Below, one piece after another: positions 10,101-20,355 of a DNA stretch of 64,000 bases. This DNA comes from Gemmatales bacterium (lineage in GTDB: Bacteria > Planctomycetota > Planctomycetia > Gemmatales > HRBIN36). Position 1 is the stretch's first letter, and each line of letters starts with the position of its first letter. A program made the translations under genes and the position numbers. The notes beneath the pieces were generated by a model. It saw only the letters and a program-made list of their open reading frames with translations. It ran no database searches and was not told where the DNA came from. The DNA lies in contig JBEPZY010000003.1 in NCBI GenBank assembly GCA_041640595.1, forward strand, positions 380,342 to 444,341, given 5' to 3'.

Positions 10101-10760
10101 CGGAGAAGCGGGATCGTTGACCAGTTCGGCGGTGACGCGGGCATCGTTACCGGCCATTACATACCACCAGCCATCCGGGCCTTTGCGCATGGCGTGTCCA
10201 CCATGTTCGTTGAAGGCCAGCGGGAGGATTTTCTCCGGTTCGCTCGCCAGTTCGCCGTTCGGCCCGATGCGGCGATAGCGTGACAGCCAGCCATCGCCAC
10301 AGTAATAGAGATATTCGCCATCGCAAAATAGTCCCATACCGCCGCTGCGCGGCGTGGCCAGCAACACCGCTCGATCGGCCCGTCCGTCGCCATCGCTGTC
10401 TTCCAGACGCTTGATGTAACCGGCACTGGTAACCACGACCCGCCCCTGTTCGTCGAGGGTCATGGCGTAGATATCGTTGGCGAGCTTTTCATCCGCGTAT
10501 TGCTCCAGAACAAATCCGGGCGGCAGGCGGAACGCTCCTGAAGGCACAGATCGGGTAGCAGGCTCAGCAACCAATAACGCAAACCCGGCGGCAAGCATCC
10601 CTATGACCAACCATCCTGGTTTTCGCAATGTCTGCCTATTTCCGATGGACAAAGGAGGTATTGGCGGCACGGTATGGCACTCCTGCACCCGAACCTTGCT
10701 GGTTGCTGCAATGGTCGGCCGATCGTCCATCGCACCGGCACCAAATTCGCCGATCGGCAA
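7200..10760 (-). CDS. PVC-type heme-binding CxxCH protein (propeller/dehydrogenase-like domain, HEAT repeats, C-terminal cytochrome c)
   Basis: FRLPPGFVLEQYA, EDSDGDGRAD, GFRNPYDFDF, HEAT-like repeats, CLACH heme motif, GPDLS, SLMPDGL; true start uncertain. Confidence 0.9.
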   Translation of the reverse strand: MPIGEFGAGAMDDRPTIAATSKVRVQECHTVPPIPPLSIGNRQTLRKPGWLVIGMLAAGFALLVAEPATRSVPSGAFRLPPGFVLEQYADEKLANDIYAMTLDEQGRVVVTSAGYIKRLEDSDGDGRADRAVLLATPRSGGMGLFCDGEYLYYCGDGWLSRYRRIGPNGELASEPEKILPLAFNEHGGHAMRKGPDGWWYVMAGNDARVTAELVNDPASPIRRPEAGCILRLHPPKPNNNPWQVQVIAHGFRNPYDFDFGPGGEIFTYDSDVERTFLLPWYVPTRIYHVAWGGHHGWRLPGYLRSWARCDDYLDTVDMLWPIGRGSPTGVVCYRHWQFPERYRGGLFVADWTFGRIYFVPLVPHGCSYGGRPEVFLEPTGQEGFAPTDLAVGRDGELFVCIGGRRTRGSVYRIRYVGQGAGRIENLFPPGRPPVKHGGLTSPAVGAASELDQVLRAPQPLDAWSRAVWEPRARKLGQAAFLQAARDATRPAPERVRAIEIVTELFGGLDLATARVLVSDAAYEVRAATAWSLGCVPLDDTSRDGEAAKLPASKGNSPAALLLPLATDAHPLVRRRALEALARQRTIFPDEALTDAICRNLDSPEKRVRQAAASLARLLAPNAWQSLWQRRHTFSQRAQLTLGLAYCWRQDQGQWLPEVAELASHMLASETATSQDRWDALRLVMLACGDWELDKPPVEILSGYTLRHQLPGELRKRLLAALHRHWPTHDARWNQEAARLLAMLRDDTPQLPDKLATFWSPQSDPTWDLHYLIVLACAGAAWPEKLVPQVADVLVGLQQRLEGKQLRVKLTWGERLAELVQLLTQRQPLLARHLAQHPQLVQPSQVFIALALPLPERTQAAERFLQTAGRDPDFVWTPALVQLLAELPPEKSRPVLRSRLQDPALRPVVLKYLARHPDETDRQAYLEGLDSAQSDVVQACLEALERLPVSRQPQHQAWLLRALRSQLSEPRAEHLRQRLVRLYCHSADIGSPPRETQKDSKSLRETYRPLWEAFLKQHPELATIVLGDTEADDRSWRERLARVNWAQGQAARGEVLFRQRGCLACHTGTSRIGPDLSGVTSRFSREDLFEAIFFPSREVAPAYRTELVETHQGQVYTGIVIFESADGIILQTDATTTIRLATEDIRHRSVGRRSLMPDGLLKDLTDSDLADLYAFLQTLTPTTILPR

Positions 10761-10830
10761 GGAAGTCTGCGACTGCTGCCCTGTTTCTATTGTGTTGCCG
10801 AGAACGCCAGCGAAAAGCTCTGCGATTCGG

Positions 10831-13296
10831 CTAATCCGCCGGTGCCGGATAGAAATAGATGCGAACGAAAACCATGCGGTGGAGCTTGCCGGGAAGATTC
10901 GGTTCGATGCTTTGGAGAGTCACGGCAAGCCCCGGTAACTGGTGCATTTGATCCAGAGGTACTTCGCAGGGGGGAATCATGCCCAGAAGCACCGCCTGAC
11001 CGTAACGCAACCGACGACTTTGGTCGAGAAATGGCAGATAGGGAATGGGCTGCTGGTTTGGCCCGACCACAAGCAAACGCTGGAAGGTCAAGTGTCGCAG
11101 GATATCGAGCACCTGGCTGGACGGAGATGATTGCACCGATGGCGAAACTCCATCGGCCGGGTGGGAAGCGACTGCTGGGCCACCAGGCTCGATTGACGTT
11201 CCCGGCCGGGGCGAAAGATCGTCGAAGCTGCGACCGAATCGGTGCCGATCAAGCAGGCCGTAATCATTGCGGCGGAGCACTACGGTTTGTCCCGGGTTGA
11301 GCTGACCGAGCGGCCAGACGCGGTTACCGTAAACCAGTTCCGCATGGTGGAGCGGCCAGGATGCCCGCCAGGTGAGTTGTCCGCGAAGGGTAGTGAGATC
11401 CGGCGCACGGATTTGCCATTCGGCCAGGAGCGGCGGCTGGTGCCAGTCGAAGAGCCAGCGGCCGAACAGCGTCTTGAGCGACCAGGTCTGCAACGGAATA
11501 TTGGCGATGCTACCCTGTCCCGGTTGCAGAAGGATGGCCGACTGCACCAGGTTCTCACGACCGCCGCGACGCAACGCTTCGTCATCCGGTCGAATCGCCC
11601 AGCTCAGCACGGCTTCGCGCAAAGCGACGCCGTGCGCCGGGGAGGCTGGCGATAAGTGAGCCGCGGATGGATTCGTGGATGCGTTCTCCAGCGCTGTCGC
11701 TGGCGAAACCGAATCGGAAGCGGTTGTGCTCAAGGCCAGGGAAAATGCAGCCAGTCGGGGACTTTTCACCACCAGCCAGCTGCTGCCACTACCGCGGCTT
11801 ACGATCGCCTGGCCTGACCGGGACGAGGCAGGTTCCACTTCCAGGTCGTAAACGTCCAGTTGATACACCTGCAGGGATGTGCCGTGAATTGCCTGAGCCG
11901 AGTACCAGGCCATCACGCTGATCCCCGCCACCAGCATGGGCAGAGTCAGCCAGCCGAGAACTGGCCGACGCAGCCACCGCACCAGAATCAGGTAATCGAG
12001 AGGCCCGGCCAGAAGTAGATAGGCCAGCATCAGCCCGGCCACCAGGGCAAAGGGAATTTCTGCTCCCGGCGACTGTTCCAGCTGATGCAGCAGACGGGTG
12101 AGGAAATCTTCCTCCAGCGTTGTGGTCAGGGCAGTGCGATAGCTTTGCCGGACTGGTAACGGTTCGGTTTCGAGTAACCATTCCCAGAAGGCGGTTTGGC
12201 CTTCCCAGGACGTAAAGGGCGGGAGATTGGTGTCGAACGCCACCAGGGTTACCTGTCCGGCACCGTAAGGCCAGACCAGCACGGCAGGTTTTTCTCGTTC
12301 AGGTCCGAAAGCCCGCTGAAAGGCTCCGGGTTTTTTGCGGAAGTCGGCAAAGGTACATCGCAAGGCCGACAACGCACTGGCCTCGCGGTGGCGATGCATG
12401 GCCACATCGCGCACACCGACCAGCACTTCTTCGTAAACCGCCCGGCCAGGAGCAACTTCGCCCGGAAGCATATCCGCCAGAGGAAACTGCTCGGATGCAC
12501 TCAGACGCGAGGCGTGCTGGGCAGCCGTAACGATCAGGTGCCCGCCTTGCTGTGTCCAGTCCCGAATCGCCTGGCATACTTGCGGACGTTTTCGCAGTAC
12601 CTCCAGCCAGAATTTGCCCTTGTCTCCGCCGGTGGCAATGACCAGGGCCTGGACGCTGTCATAGCCGAACCACCGTTCGGGCAACTCATCGGGCTGCTGG
12701 ATGTGGGAGACGCGATAACCGGGATCCCGGCCAGTTTCGTCGCTGACACCGGTTCGCCCGCGAGTATCCGAACCGCCGACGGTGCGACTCAAGCCAGCCG
12801 GTTCGCCGATGGTCAATACCTGCATCACCTGCGGCGGCAGGAGTTGCCAGGTTTCGGTACCAGCAGCGTCATCGGGATAGGTAAAACTGGCCAGCCGGCG
12901 ACCGATACCATCGCGGAGTTCGACCCGCAACTTCCCATGCCCGCACGGCAGGTAAGCCCATACCGTCTGCTTCGATTGTCCTGGAGAAAGATGCACCGTG
13001 GGATGTGCCTGGACTTCGTTGAGAATGCCATCGGCGTCCGGAGTCATGACCCAGACCGCAGCTTGGAGAGTTTCCCCGCGGTCGGCCTCCACGGTGATAC
13101 GCAGCGGTAACCAGTGACCGAACCGGCCATATCGTGTATGCCCACTGGCATCGGCAAAACCGACCTGCACCTGGGTGATTCGCACGCCTGCCCAGACCGG
13201 CCAGGCCATCAGCATTAATAACCCAACTACCAGCACTCGCACCAGCTTTCGCGGCAGCATCTTTCTCCTTCCCGCACCGGGACCTGCCCCGTGCAA
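10831..13296 (-). CDS. Conserved hypothetical membrane protein (signal peptide, GATase-like central domain, two TM helices)
   Basis: Signal-like VLVVGLLMLMAWPVWA, LPERWFGYDSVQALVI, DWTQQGGHLIV, YLLLAGPLDYLIL; start probably about 13260. Confidence 0.75.
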   Translation of the reverse strand: MHGAGPGAGRRKMLPRKLVRVLVVGLLMLMAWPVWAGVRITQVQVGFADASGHTRYGRFGHWLPLRITVEADRGETLQAAVWVMTPDADGILNEVQAHPTVHLSPGQSKQTVWAYLPCGHGKLRVELRDGIGRRLASFTYPDDAAGTETWQLLPPQVMQVLTIGEPAGLSRTVGGSDTRGRTGVSDETGRDPGYRVSHIQQPDELPERWFGYDSVQALVIATGGDKGKFWLEVLRKRPQVCQAIRDWTQQGGHLIVTAAQHASRLSASEQFPLADMLPGEVAPGRAVYEEVLVGVRDVAMHRHREASALSALRCTFADFRKKPGAFQRAFGPEREKPAVLVWPYGAGQVTLVAFDTNLPPFTSWEGQTAFWEWLLETEPLPVRQSYRTALTTTLEEDFLTRLLHQLEQSPGAEIPFALVAGLMLAYLLLAGPLDYLILVRWLRRPVLGWLTLPMLVAGISVMAWYSAQAIHGTSLQVYQLDVYDLEVEPASSRSGQAIVSRGSGSSWLVVKSPRLAAFSLALSTTASDSVSPATALENASTNPSAAHLSPASPAHGVALREAVLSWAIRPDDEALRRGGRENLVQSAILLQPGQGSIANIPLQTWSLKTLFGRWLFDWHQPPLLAEWQIRAPDLTTLRGQLTWRASWPLHHAELVYGNRVWPLGQLNPGQTVVLRRNDYGLLDRHRFGRSFDDLSPRPGTSIEPGGPAVASHPADGVSPSVQSSPSSQVLDILRHLTFQRLLVVGPNQQPIPYLPFLDQSRRLRYGQAVLLGMIPPCEVPLDQMHQLPGLAVTLQSIEPNLPGKLHRMVFVRIYFYPAPAD

Positions 13297-13727
13297 TTAG
13301 TTTTGCAAGTTCGGCATGGAAATATCCAGAACGGCGCCACTGGTATTCGATTCTACGGTGTTCCGCACACAGGTTTGGGAAGGTACCCGGTTTTTTCGCC
13401 CCGTTGGTGTGCGATTCGCCAGCCGCTTCTCCGGGCGTGCTACCACGAAGTTGCCGCGGATGCCAGCGGTATGCGTATCCGCTCGGCTGGCCGGAAGATT
13501 TTTCGCTTGCAGACTATTCTCTTCACGCATAAGCTGAACAATAATAGATAATGGAAAAGTCGGGTCCGATGAGGCGGATCGAAACGTAACAGGTCGAACG
13601 GGGTAACTTCGACTCAGGAGAAAACGGTAACAACTCGCGGGCTCGCGCTGGGCGTCGGGACAACCAAAAAGGCAGCCGTTGTACAGTGCGGGCCGGGCAA
13701 TTGCTGGCCGGAAGGGGAGGTCTGGCC

Positions 13728-15443
13728 ATGGCCAAAGGGCGTGGCGATTTTACCGATGTGTTGCTGCGGAAGAAAATCATCAGTGCGGATCAGCTCCGCG
13801 AAGCGTTACAGCTGCAGAAATCCACAGGCGCTAAACTGGCCGATGCTCTGGTCAAACTCGGCTACGTTACTCCCAGCGAAGTGATGCAGGCCATCGCCGA
13901 GCATCACGGTTTACAGGCCGTGGATTTGAACGAGGTGAGCATTCCTCCTGCGGTCATTGAGCTGGTGCCCGAATCGGTGGCGCGGGAAAACGTTGTTCTG
14001 CCGCTGGCGCAGGAAAACGGGACGCTCAAGGTGATCATGAGCGACCCCATGGACATTGACACCATTCAGAAGCTGCAATTCATCCTGAACAAAGACATTC
14101 TGCCGGTGCTGGCTCCGCGCGAACAGATCATCGAAGCGATCAACCGTTATTACGGGCAGAGCGAAACCGAGTCGGTGGACTCGATGTTGCAGGAATTCAC
14201 CGACACCGCCATTGACACCACGCAAACCGAAACTGCCGCTGCCGTTGCCGCCGCCATGATGGACAGCGACGCCCCGGTGGTCAAACTCGTCAACCTGATC
14301 ATTCAGGAGGCGGTGAGTCTTCGGGCCAGCGACATTCACATCGAACCGTTTGCTGACCATATCCGTGTGCGCTACCGCATAGATGGAATCCTGGTGCAGC
14401 GGGACAGTCCACCGAAACGATTGCTGCCGGCGATCATCTCGCGCATCAAGATCATGGCGAAGATGGATATCGCCGAAAAACGCCGACCGCAGGATGGCCG
14501 CATCAAAATGGTGCTCAACGGCAAGCATTACGATCTGCGCGTGAGCATTCTGCCGACCAATCACGGCCAGGCCTGCGTCATGCGCATCCTCGACCGGCAG
14601 AATGTGCAGATCAGCATCCGCGACCTGGGCTTCTGCGAAGAGGATTACCAGAAGTTTGTGCAGATCATCAAGCGACCCAACGGCATATTCCTGGTCACTG
14701 GGCCGACAGGCTCGGGTAAGACCACGACTTTGTACGCGGTGCTCAACGAACTCAACCGCCCGGACCGCAAGATCATCACCGCGGAAGACCCGGTCGAATA
14801 CTACCTGCCCGGTGTCAACCAGGTGGAGGTGAAGCATCAAATCGGTCTGGACTTCGCGCGGATCATCCGGGCGATGTTGCGGCAGGCGCCGAACATCCTG
14901 CTGATCGGCGAAATCCGCGACAAAGAGACGGCTGAGGCTGCCATTCAGGCCTCGCTCACCGGTCACCTGGTCTTCAGTACTCTGCACACCAACGATGCTC
15001 CCAGCGCGATCACACGGTTGGTGGATATCGGCCTGCAACCGTTTCTGATCGCTTCGAGCTTGATCGGCGTGATGGCACAGCGACTGGTGCGGCTGGTGTG
15101 TCCGAAATGCCGCGAGCCGGATCAACCGACAGCCGCCGAGATTAAAGCAGCCGGGCTGACACCGGAACGCTTGAAGACCGCCACCTTCTATCGCGGTCGC
15201 GGCTGCCAGCATTGCCACCATACCGGTTACCGTGGCCGAACCGGCATCTTCGAACTCATGAAAATGAACAGCACCCTGCGCGAGCTAACCTTTAAGCGGG
15301 AACCGACCCAGGTCATTCGCCGCTACGCTCGCATGTTCGGTATGCGCACGCTTCTGGAAGACGGCGTGGAGAAAGCCTGTCGCGGCATGACCACCCTGGA
15401 AGAAGTGCTCAGCATTTGCCATCACGAAAGCGCTTATGCGTGA
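13728..15443 (+). CDS. pilB: Type IV pilus/T2SS assembly ATPase (PilB/GspE family)
   Basis: ASDIHIEP, PQDGR, Walker A GPTGSGKTTT, EDPVE, GEIRD, STLHTN, CxxC..CxxC; ATG at 13728 after GGAGG. Confidence 0.95.
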   Translation: MAKGRGDFTDVLLRKKIISADQLREALQLQKSTGAKLADALVKLGYVTPSEVMQAIAEHHGLQAVDLNEVSIPPAVIELVPESVARENVVLPLAQENGTLKVIMSDPMDIDTIQKLQFILNKDILPVLAPREQIIEAINRYYGQSETESVDSMLQEFTDTAIDTTQTETAAAVAAAMMDSDAPVVKLVNLIIQEAVSLRASDIHIEPFADHIRVRYRIDGILVQRDSPPKRLLPAIISRIKIMAKMDIAEKRRPQDGRIKMVLNGKHYDLRVSILPTNHGQACVMRILDRQNVQISIRDLGFCEEDYQKFVQIIKRPNGIFLVTGPTGSGKTTTLYAVLNELNRPDRKIITAEDPVEYYLPGVNQVEVKHQIGLDFARIIRAMLRQAPNILLIGEIRDKETAEAAIQASLTGHLVFSTLHTNDAPSAITRLVDIGLQPFLIASSLIGVMAQRLVRLVCPKCREPDQPTAAEIKAAGLTPERLKTATFYRGRGCQHCHHTGYRGRTGIFELMKMNSTLRELTFKREPTQVIRRYARMFGMRTLLEDGVEKACRGMTTLEEVLSICHHESAYA

Positions 15444-15641
15444 TCCCGTCGGCCTCAGGCGGAGCGGTCGAGTGGCGGACACCAGGCAAACGATCGGGAC
15501 GGAATGCGTACCAGACCGGGTCGTGGTCACACTGGCATTCCTGAGGCAAAGAATTCCTGGCGGCGTCCCTTACACATAGCGGAGGGGCCGTTTCGTCAGC
15601 GGGTACCAGGCTTTATGTAACGTCATAATGGAGGGCCAGCG

Positions 15642-16802
15642 ATGCCGAGTGGTCAGGTCTTGATGGAAAAACTCCTGGAGACCGTTTACCAGTTGAATGC
15701 TGCGGACCTGCATATCCGCGTAGGACAACCACCTGTCATTCGCCATGAAGGCCGACTCAAACGCCTGGAAACGAAAGTTCTGGAGCCGGACGATACCCAG
15801 GCTTTGATGAAGGCGATCACGCCAGACCGTTGCCAGCAGGAATTGCAGGAGCGTGGCAGCGCCGACTTCGGTTTTGCCTACGGCGACAAATGCCGATTCC
15901 GCGTTTCCGTGTTCAAAGAGCGTGGTCGCATCGGCATCGTGTTGCGGCGAATTCCCAGCAAGTTCCTGACGTTTGAACAAATCCGCATGCCGGAGGCGAT
16001 TCGGCGTCTGATTGTGCGACCGCGCGGTTTGCTGCTGGTGACCGGCCCGACCGGTTCCGGCAAAACCACGACCCTGGCCAGCATGATCAACTGGCTCAAC
16101 GAGAATTACGACCGCCACATCATCACCATCGAAGACCCGATTGAGTATTACCATCAGCACAAACGTTCCATCATCACCCAGCGGGAAATCGGCGTGGATG
16201 TACCGAGTTTCGCGGAAGCGTTGCGGCGAGCGTTACGGCAGGACCCGGATGTGATCCTCGTCGGCGAAATGCGCGACCTGGAAACCATCCAGACCGCCAT
16301 CGAAGCTGCGGAAACCGGGCACGTCGTGTTCGGCACCCTGCACACCAGCGGCGCCGCCAGCACCATTAACCGTATCGTGGACGTCTTCCCCAAGGAACAG
16401 CAGGACCAGATTCGCACGCAATTATCCACGGCACTGATCGGTGTGCTTTCGCAAACCCTTTTGCCTCGCAAACCGAGCGGGCTGGTGGCCGCTTTCGAAA
16501 TGATGGTCGTTACTCCCGCGATCCAGAACCTGATCCGCGAAAACAAAATCTACCGTATCGAGTCGGTTATTCAGACCGGTCGAAAAGAAGGTATGTTCTT
16601 GCTCGACGACAACCTCTTCCAGCTCTGGAAAGAAGGATTGGTGGACAAAGAGGAGGTCCTGCTGCGGGCCAACCGTCCGGCAGAACTCGCCCAGAGAATT
16701 GCCCTGGCCGAGAAGGGCATCGAACAGGAATACGAAGAGGAAGAGGAGGAAGAAGAATACGAGGAAGATGAATATGATGAAGAAGACGAGGACGAAGAGT
16801 AA
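15642..16802 (+). CDS. pilT: Twitching motility retraction ATPase with acidic C-terminal tail
   Basis: ADLHI, GPTGSGKTTT, TIEDPIE, ALRQDPDVILVGEMRD, AIQNLIRE motif. Confidence 0.95.
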   Translation: MPSGQVLMEKLLETVYQLNAADLHIRVGQPPVIRHEGRLKRLETKVLEPDDTQALMKAITPDRCQQELQERGSADFGFAYGDKCRFRVSVFKERGRIGIVLRRIPSKFLTFEQIRMPEAIRRLIVRPRGLLLVTGPTGSGKTTTLASMINWLNENYDRHIITIEDPIEYYHQHKRSIITQREIGVDVPSFAEALRRALRQDPDVILVGEMRDLETIQTAIEAAETGHVVFGTLHTSGAASTINRIVDVFPKEQQDQIRTQLSTALIGVLSQTLLPRKPSGLVAAFEMMVVTPAIQNLIRENKIYRIESVIQTGRKEGMFLLDDNLFQLWKEGLVDKEEVLLRANRPAELAQRIALAEKGIEQEYEEEEEEEEYEEDEYDEEDEDEE

Positions 16803-16875
16803 TGTCGTCCCCGTCCAGCGCAAATCCGTGCGGACTCCTGAGCAGTTGCCCTGAACGCCGACGCCGAGGAAAACT

Positions 16876-18921
16876 ATGTCCCAGAAAGAGTCGCATCCGC
16901 CAACTGGCCAGCCGAAGCCTGGAAGCCCGGCAACACGTCCTGCGGTGGGCGGAGGTAATGTCGGCCAGAATGCAGCAACTCCAGGCCGGGGAACTCCTAA
17001 TACAAGTAGCGCAGCGGCAGCGAATCGGCCTGCCGTGAATCCAGCACCGCGTGTGAGTCCCGCGCCTAACCAGGCCGCTGGACAGGCACGCACGCCGTCG
17101 GCCACGCCGGCTAAACCTGCAGTTACGCCGGCAAAACCGGCTGCCTCAGCCGCTGCCAAAACCGACAAAGTGCCTCCGAAAAAGTCCGGGGACAAAACCA
17201 CCGGCGGTCGCCGTAAGCTGGGCCAAATCCTGGTGGACCTCGGTTACCTCGACGAAGACCAGCTTTGGGACCTGCTCAACGAAGCCCGTACCACGCAACA
17301 ACCAATTGGCCAGGTCGCTCTGGCTCGCGGTCTGATTACCGAAGAGCAGCTCTTGCAAGCGCTGGCTGAACAGTTCAATCTCAAGGTGGTCAACCTGCAG
17401 GAGGTTAAGCCTCAGCCGGAAGCGATCCAGGCGGTTCCGGAAACGATGGCCAGCGTGTACAAGGTTCTGCCGTTGACTTACAAGGATAATGTGCTGACCG
17501 TGGCCATAGCGGATCCGGCGAATCTGGCAGCACTGGATGACCTCCGCAACTTCCTGGGCGTCAAACAAGTCGTACCGGTGCTGGCCAGTCAGCGCGCCTT
17601 GCAGGAAGCGATCCCCAAAGCCTACGCCGGCAAAGAAGAATCCATCGTGGACATTATCCAGCAACTGGAGAATGATCCCGAAATCGGCAAATACGTTCAG
17701 CACCGCGAGACCAGCATTGATCTGGAGAGCTTGCAGGAGTTGCAGGATGCGGCCCCGGTGCGTAAGCTCATCAACATGGTGCTCTTGATGGGCATCAAAG
17801 ACCGGGCCAGTGACATCCATTTCGAGCCATTCGAGGAAGAATACAAATTGCGCTACCGTTGCGATGGCGTCATGTACGAACTGGTACCGCCCCCGCGACA
17901 CCTCGCCCCGGCCATCAGTTCGCGTATCAAGGTGATGGCCAACCTGGATATTGCTGAACGGCGGTTACCGCAGGACGGGCGCATCGAACTCAACGTGGGC
18001 GGCAATCCCGTGGATTTGCGCGTCAGCGTTCTGCCCACCATGTTCGGCGAAAGCGTCGTCATCCGCGTGCTTGACCGAACCGTTGTTCAGCTCGACCTCG
18101 ACCGCCTCGGCATGGATCCCGACACGCTCTCCAAGTTCCGCGAGCTTATCCGCAAGCCCAATGGGATCATCCTGGTGACCGGGCCTACCGGTTCTGGGAA
18201 GAGCACCACGCTTTACTCCGCTCTTAACGAACTCAACGACGTTACGGAAAAAATCATCACCACCGAAGACCCGATCGAATACGATCTGGACGGAATTGTG
18301 CAGGTGCCGATCAACCCGGATATCGGCGTAACGTTCGCCAACGTGCTGCGGGCCATCCTGCGGCACGATCCGGATAAAATCATGGTTGGAGAAATCCGCG
18401 ACGTGGAGACAGCTCAGATCGCTGTGCAGGCAGCGTTGACCGGCCACCTGGTCCTGAGCACGCTCCACACCAACGACGCTCCCAGCACAGTAACCCGCTT
18501 GCGCGACATGGGTGTCGAACCGTATCTGATCACCGCCACGCTGGAAGGAGTGCTGGCACAGCGACTGGTTCGCCGCATCTGTCCCGACTGCCGTACCGAG
18601 TATGAGCCGAGCAAAGAACTGCTCATGGAACTCAACCTCACACCGGAACAGGTGCAGGGCAAGAAATTCTATTACGGTCGCGGCTGTGAACGCTGCAACA
18701 ATACCGGCTTCAAAGGCCGCACCGGGATTTTCGAATTGCTGGTCATGAACGACACGATCCGCGACCTGGTGGCCAACAACGCCAGCGCCGATGCCATTCG
18801 CCAGGCCGCTCGCAAAGCGGGTATGAAAACCCTGCGGGAAGCCGGATTGCAGGCCCTGTTCAGCGGTATCACCACCATCGAAGAGGTCGTCCGCGAAACT
18901 GCCATCGAGGATGAAAGCTGA
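16876..18921 (+). CDS. pilB: Second PilB/GspE-family ATPase with Pro/Ala-rich N-terminal extension and MshEN-like domain
   Basis: RKLGQILVDLGYL, ASDIHFEP, GPTGSGKSTT, EDPIE, GEIRD, CxxC..CxxC. Confidence 0.95.
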   Translation: MSQKESHPPTGQPKPGSPATRPAVGGGNVGQNAATPGRGTPNTSSAAAANRPAVNPAPRVSPAPNQAAGQARTPSATPAKPAVTPAKPAASAAAKTDKVPPKKSGDKTTGGRRKLGQILVDLGYLDEDQLWDLLNEARTTQQPIGQVALARGLITEEQLLQALAEQFNLKVVNLQEVKPQPEAIQAVPETMASVYKVLPLTYKDNVLTVAIADPANLAALDDLRNFLGVKQVVPVLASQRALQEAIPKAYAGKEESIVDIIQQLENDPEIGKYVQHRETSIDLESLQELQDAAPVRKLINMVLLMGIKDRASDIHFEPFEEEYKLRYRCDGVMYELVPPPRHLAPAISSRIKVMANLDIAERRLPQDGRIELNVGGNPVDLRVSVLPTMFGESVVIRVLDRTVVQLDLDRLGMDPDTLSKFRELIRKPNGIILVTGPTGSGKSTTLYSALNELNDVTEKIITTEDPIEYDLDGIVQVPINPDIGVTFANVLRAILRHDPDKIMVGEIRDVETAQIAVQAALTGHLVLSTLHTNDAPSTVTRLRDMGVEPYLITATLEGVLAQRLVRRICPDCRTEYEPSKELLMELNLTPEQVQGKKFYYGRGCERCNNTGFKGRTGIFELLVMNDTIRDLVANNASADAIRQAARKAGMKTLREAGLQALFSGITTIEEVVRETAIEDES

Positions 18922-19098
18922 CCGGCACACTCTTCACTTCCCCAGGTGCCATCGCGTCGGTCAGCTTCATTGCAGGCCGCTTGCAAGAGGATAGCATAAC
19001 ACCGGCGGCTGATACTTTTGCGATGCAGGGTCTGGATCGCTACAGGTCGCCCATCCGCTTTACAGTAGCAGACAGTCATAAAATCAGGGGCCGAGACC

Positions 19099-20355
19099 AT
19101 GCCGACCTACAAGTTCGAGGCGATGAGTGCCAAGGGCGAGGAGGTCAAGGATTCGATTGAGGCCGCCTCCGAGGAAGAAGCGCAGCAGAAAATCCGCCAG
19201 ATGGGCTATTTCGTTACCCGCCTGCAAGAAGTACGCGACGGCCGAAAAAAGGCCGGCAAGGCGGGCAAAAAGAAGGAGAAGAAGGGTAAAACCTTCACCA
19301 TTGGCGGTGTGTCGGAAAAACAGCTGTGCACCTTCACCCGCCAGTTCTCTGTTCTCCAGGATGCTGGTTTGCCGGTTCTCCGCAGTCTCAGGATTCTCAA
19401 AAACCAAATGAAACCCGGCGTGTTGAAAAATGCGTTGATTGACGTGGTGGACGATGTGGAAAGCGGCTCGGCCCTGAGCGAAGCCCTGGCACGCCATCCC
19501 AAGGTGTTCGATCGGCTTTACGTCAACATGGTGCGTGCCGGCGAGGTCGGCGGTGCCCTCGAAGTCATCCTTCGCCGCCTTGCCGAATTCAAAGAAAAGG
19601 CCCAGAGCCTCAAACGTAAGGTGATCGGTGCCATGATCTACCCCGTGGTTGTGATCCTGGCGGCCATCGGCATCCTCTCCTTCATCATGATCGCTATCGT
19701 CCCGAAGTTCAAAGAAATCTTCGCCGCGTTTGAAATGAAACTCCCGGCCATGACGCAAACCTTGCTCGACATCTCCGACTTCATGAAAAACTACTTCTGG
19801 ATCATGCCCCTGGTGCTGATCGGCTGGATTATTTTCTGTCGCCTGCTCCGCCTGATGTACTGGGGCCGATACGTCCTGGACTGGGTCTGGCTCCACGTGC
19901 CGATCATCGGCGGCATATTGGAAAAAACTATCGTCGCTCGCACTATGCGCACGCTGGGTACCCTGGTAAGTTCCGGTGTGCCCATCCTGGAGGCGTTGTC
20001 CATCGTCAAAGAAACCGCCGGCAACGCCGTCTTCGAGGAAATGTTTCAGCGGGTCTTCGAATCGGTACGCGAGGGCGAAAGTATCGCCATGCCCATGAAA
20101 GAGAGCCGACTCGTAGACGACATGGTCGTCAACATGATTGACGTCGGCGAAGAGACCGGCGAACTCGACAAAATGCTCAACAAAATCGCCGATGTCTATG
20201 ACGAAGAAGTGGACGTCCTTGTTCAGGGTCTGGTCAAATTGCTCGAACCGGTGATGGTCTTATTCCTGGGTGGTTGTGTCGGCTTCATTGTCGTCGCGTT
20301 GTTCATGCCCATGCTGGCCATCCTGGAAAAACTCAGCTCCGGCGCCGGCGGCTAA
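19099..20355 (+). CDS. pilC: Type IV pilus/T2SS inner-membrane platform protein (PilC/GspF)
   Basis: FTRQFSVLQDAGLP, MVRAGEVGGAL, AMIYP, VGEETGELDKML, LLEP. Confidence 0.95.
   Translation: MPTYKFEAMSAKGEEVKDSIEAASEEEAQQKIRQMGYFVTRLQEVRDGRKKAGKAGKKKEKKGKTFTIGGVSEKQLCTFTRQFSVLQDAGLPVLRSLRILKNQMKPGVLKNALIDVVDDVESGSALSEALARHPKVFDRLYVNMVRAGEVGGALEVILRRLAEFKEKAQSLKRKVIGAMIYPVVVILAAIGILSFIMIAIVPKFKEIFAAFEMKLPAMTQTLLDISDFMKNYFWIMPLVLIGWIIFCRLLRLMYWGRYVLDWVWLHVPIIGGILEKTIVARTMRTLGTLVSSGVPILEALSIVKETAGNAVFEEMFQRVFESVREGESIAMPMKESRLVDDMVVNMIDVGEETGELDKMLNKIADVYDEEVDVLVQGLVKLLEPVMVLFLGGCVGFIVVALFMPMLAILEKLSSGAGG

Noticed and set aside
13911..15221. Long antisense ORFs (also 17965-18930, 52995-54005, 62371-63993, 1524-2426)
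   Set aside because: Shadow frames opposite well-supported genes in GC-rich DNA, with no recognisable motifs.
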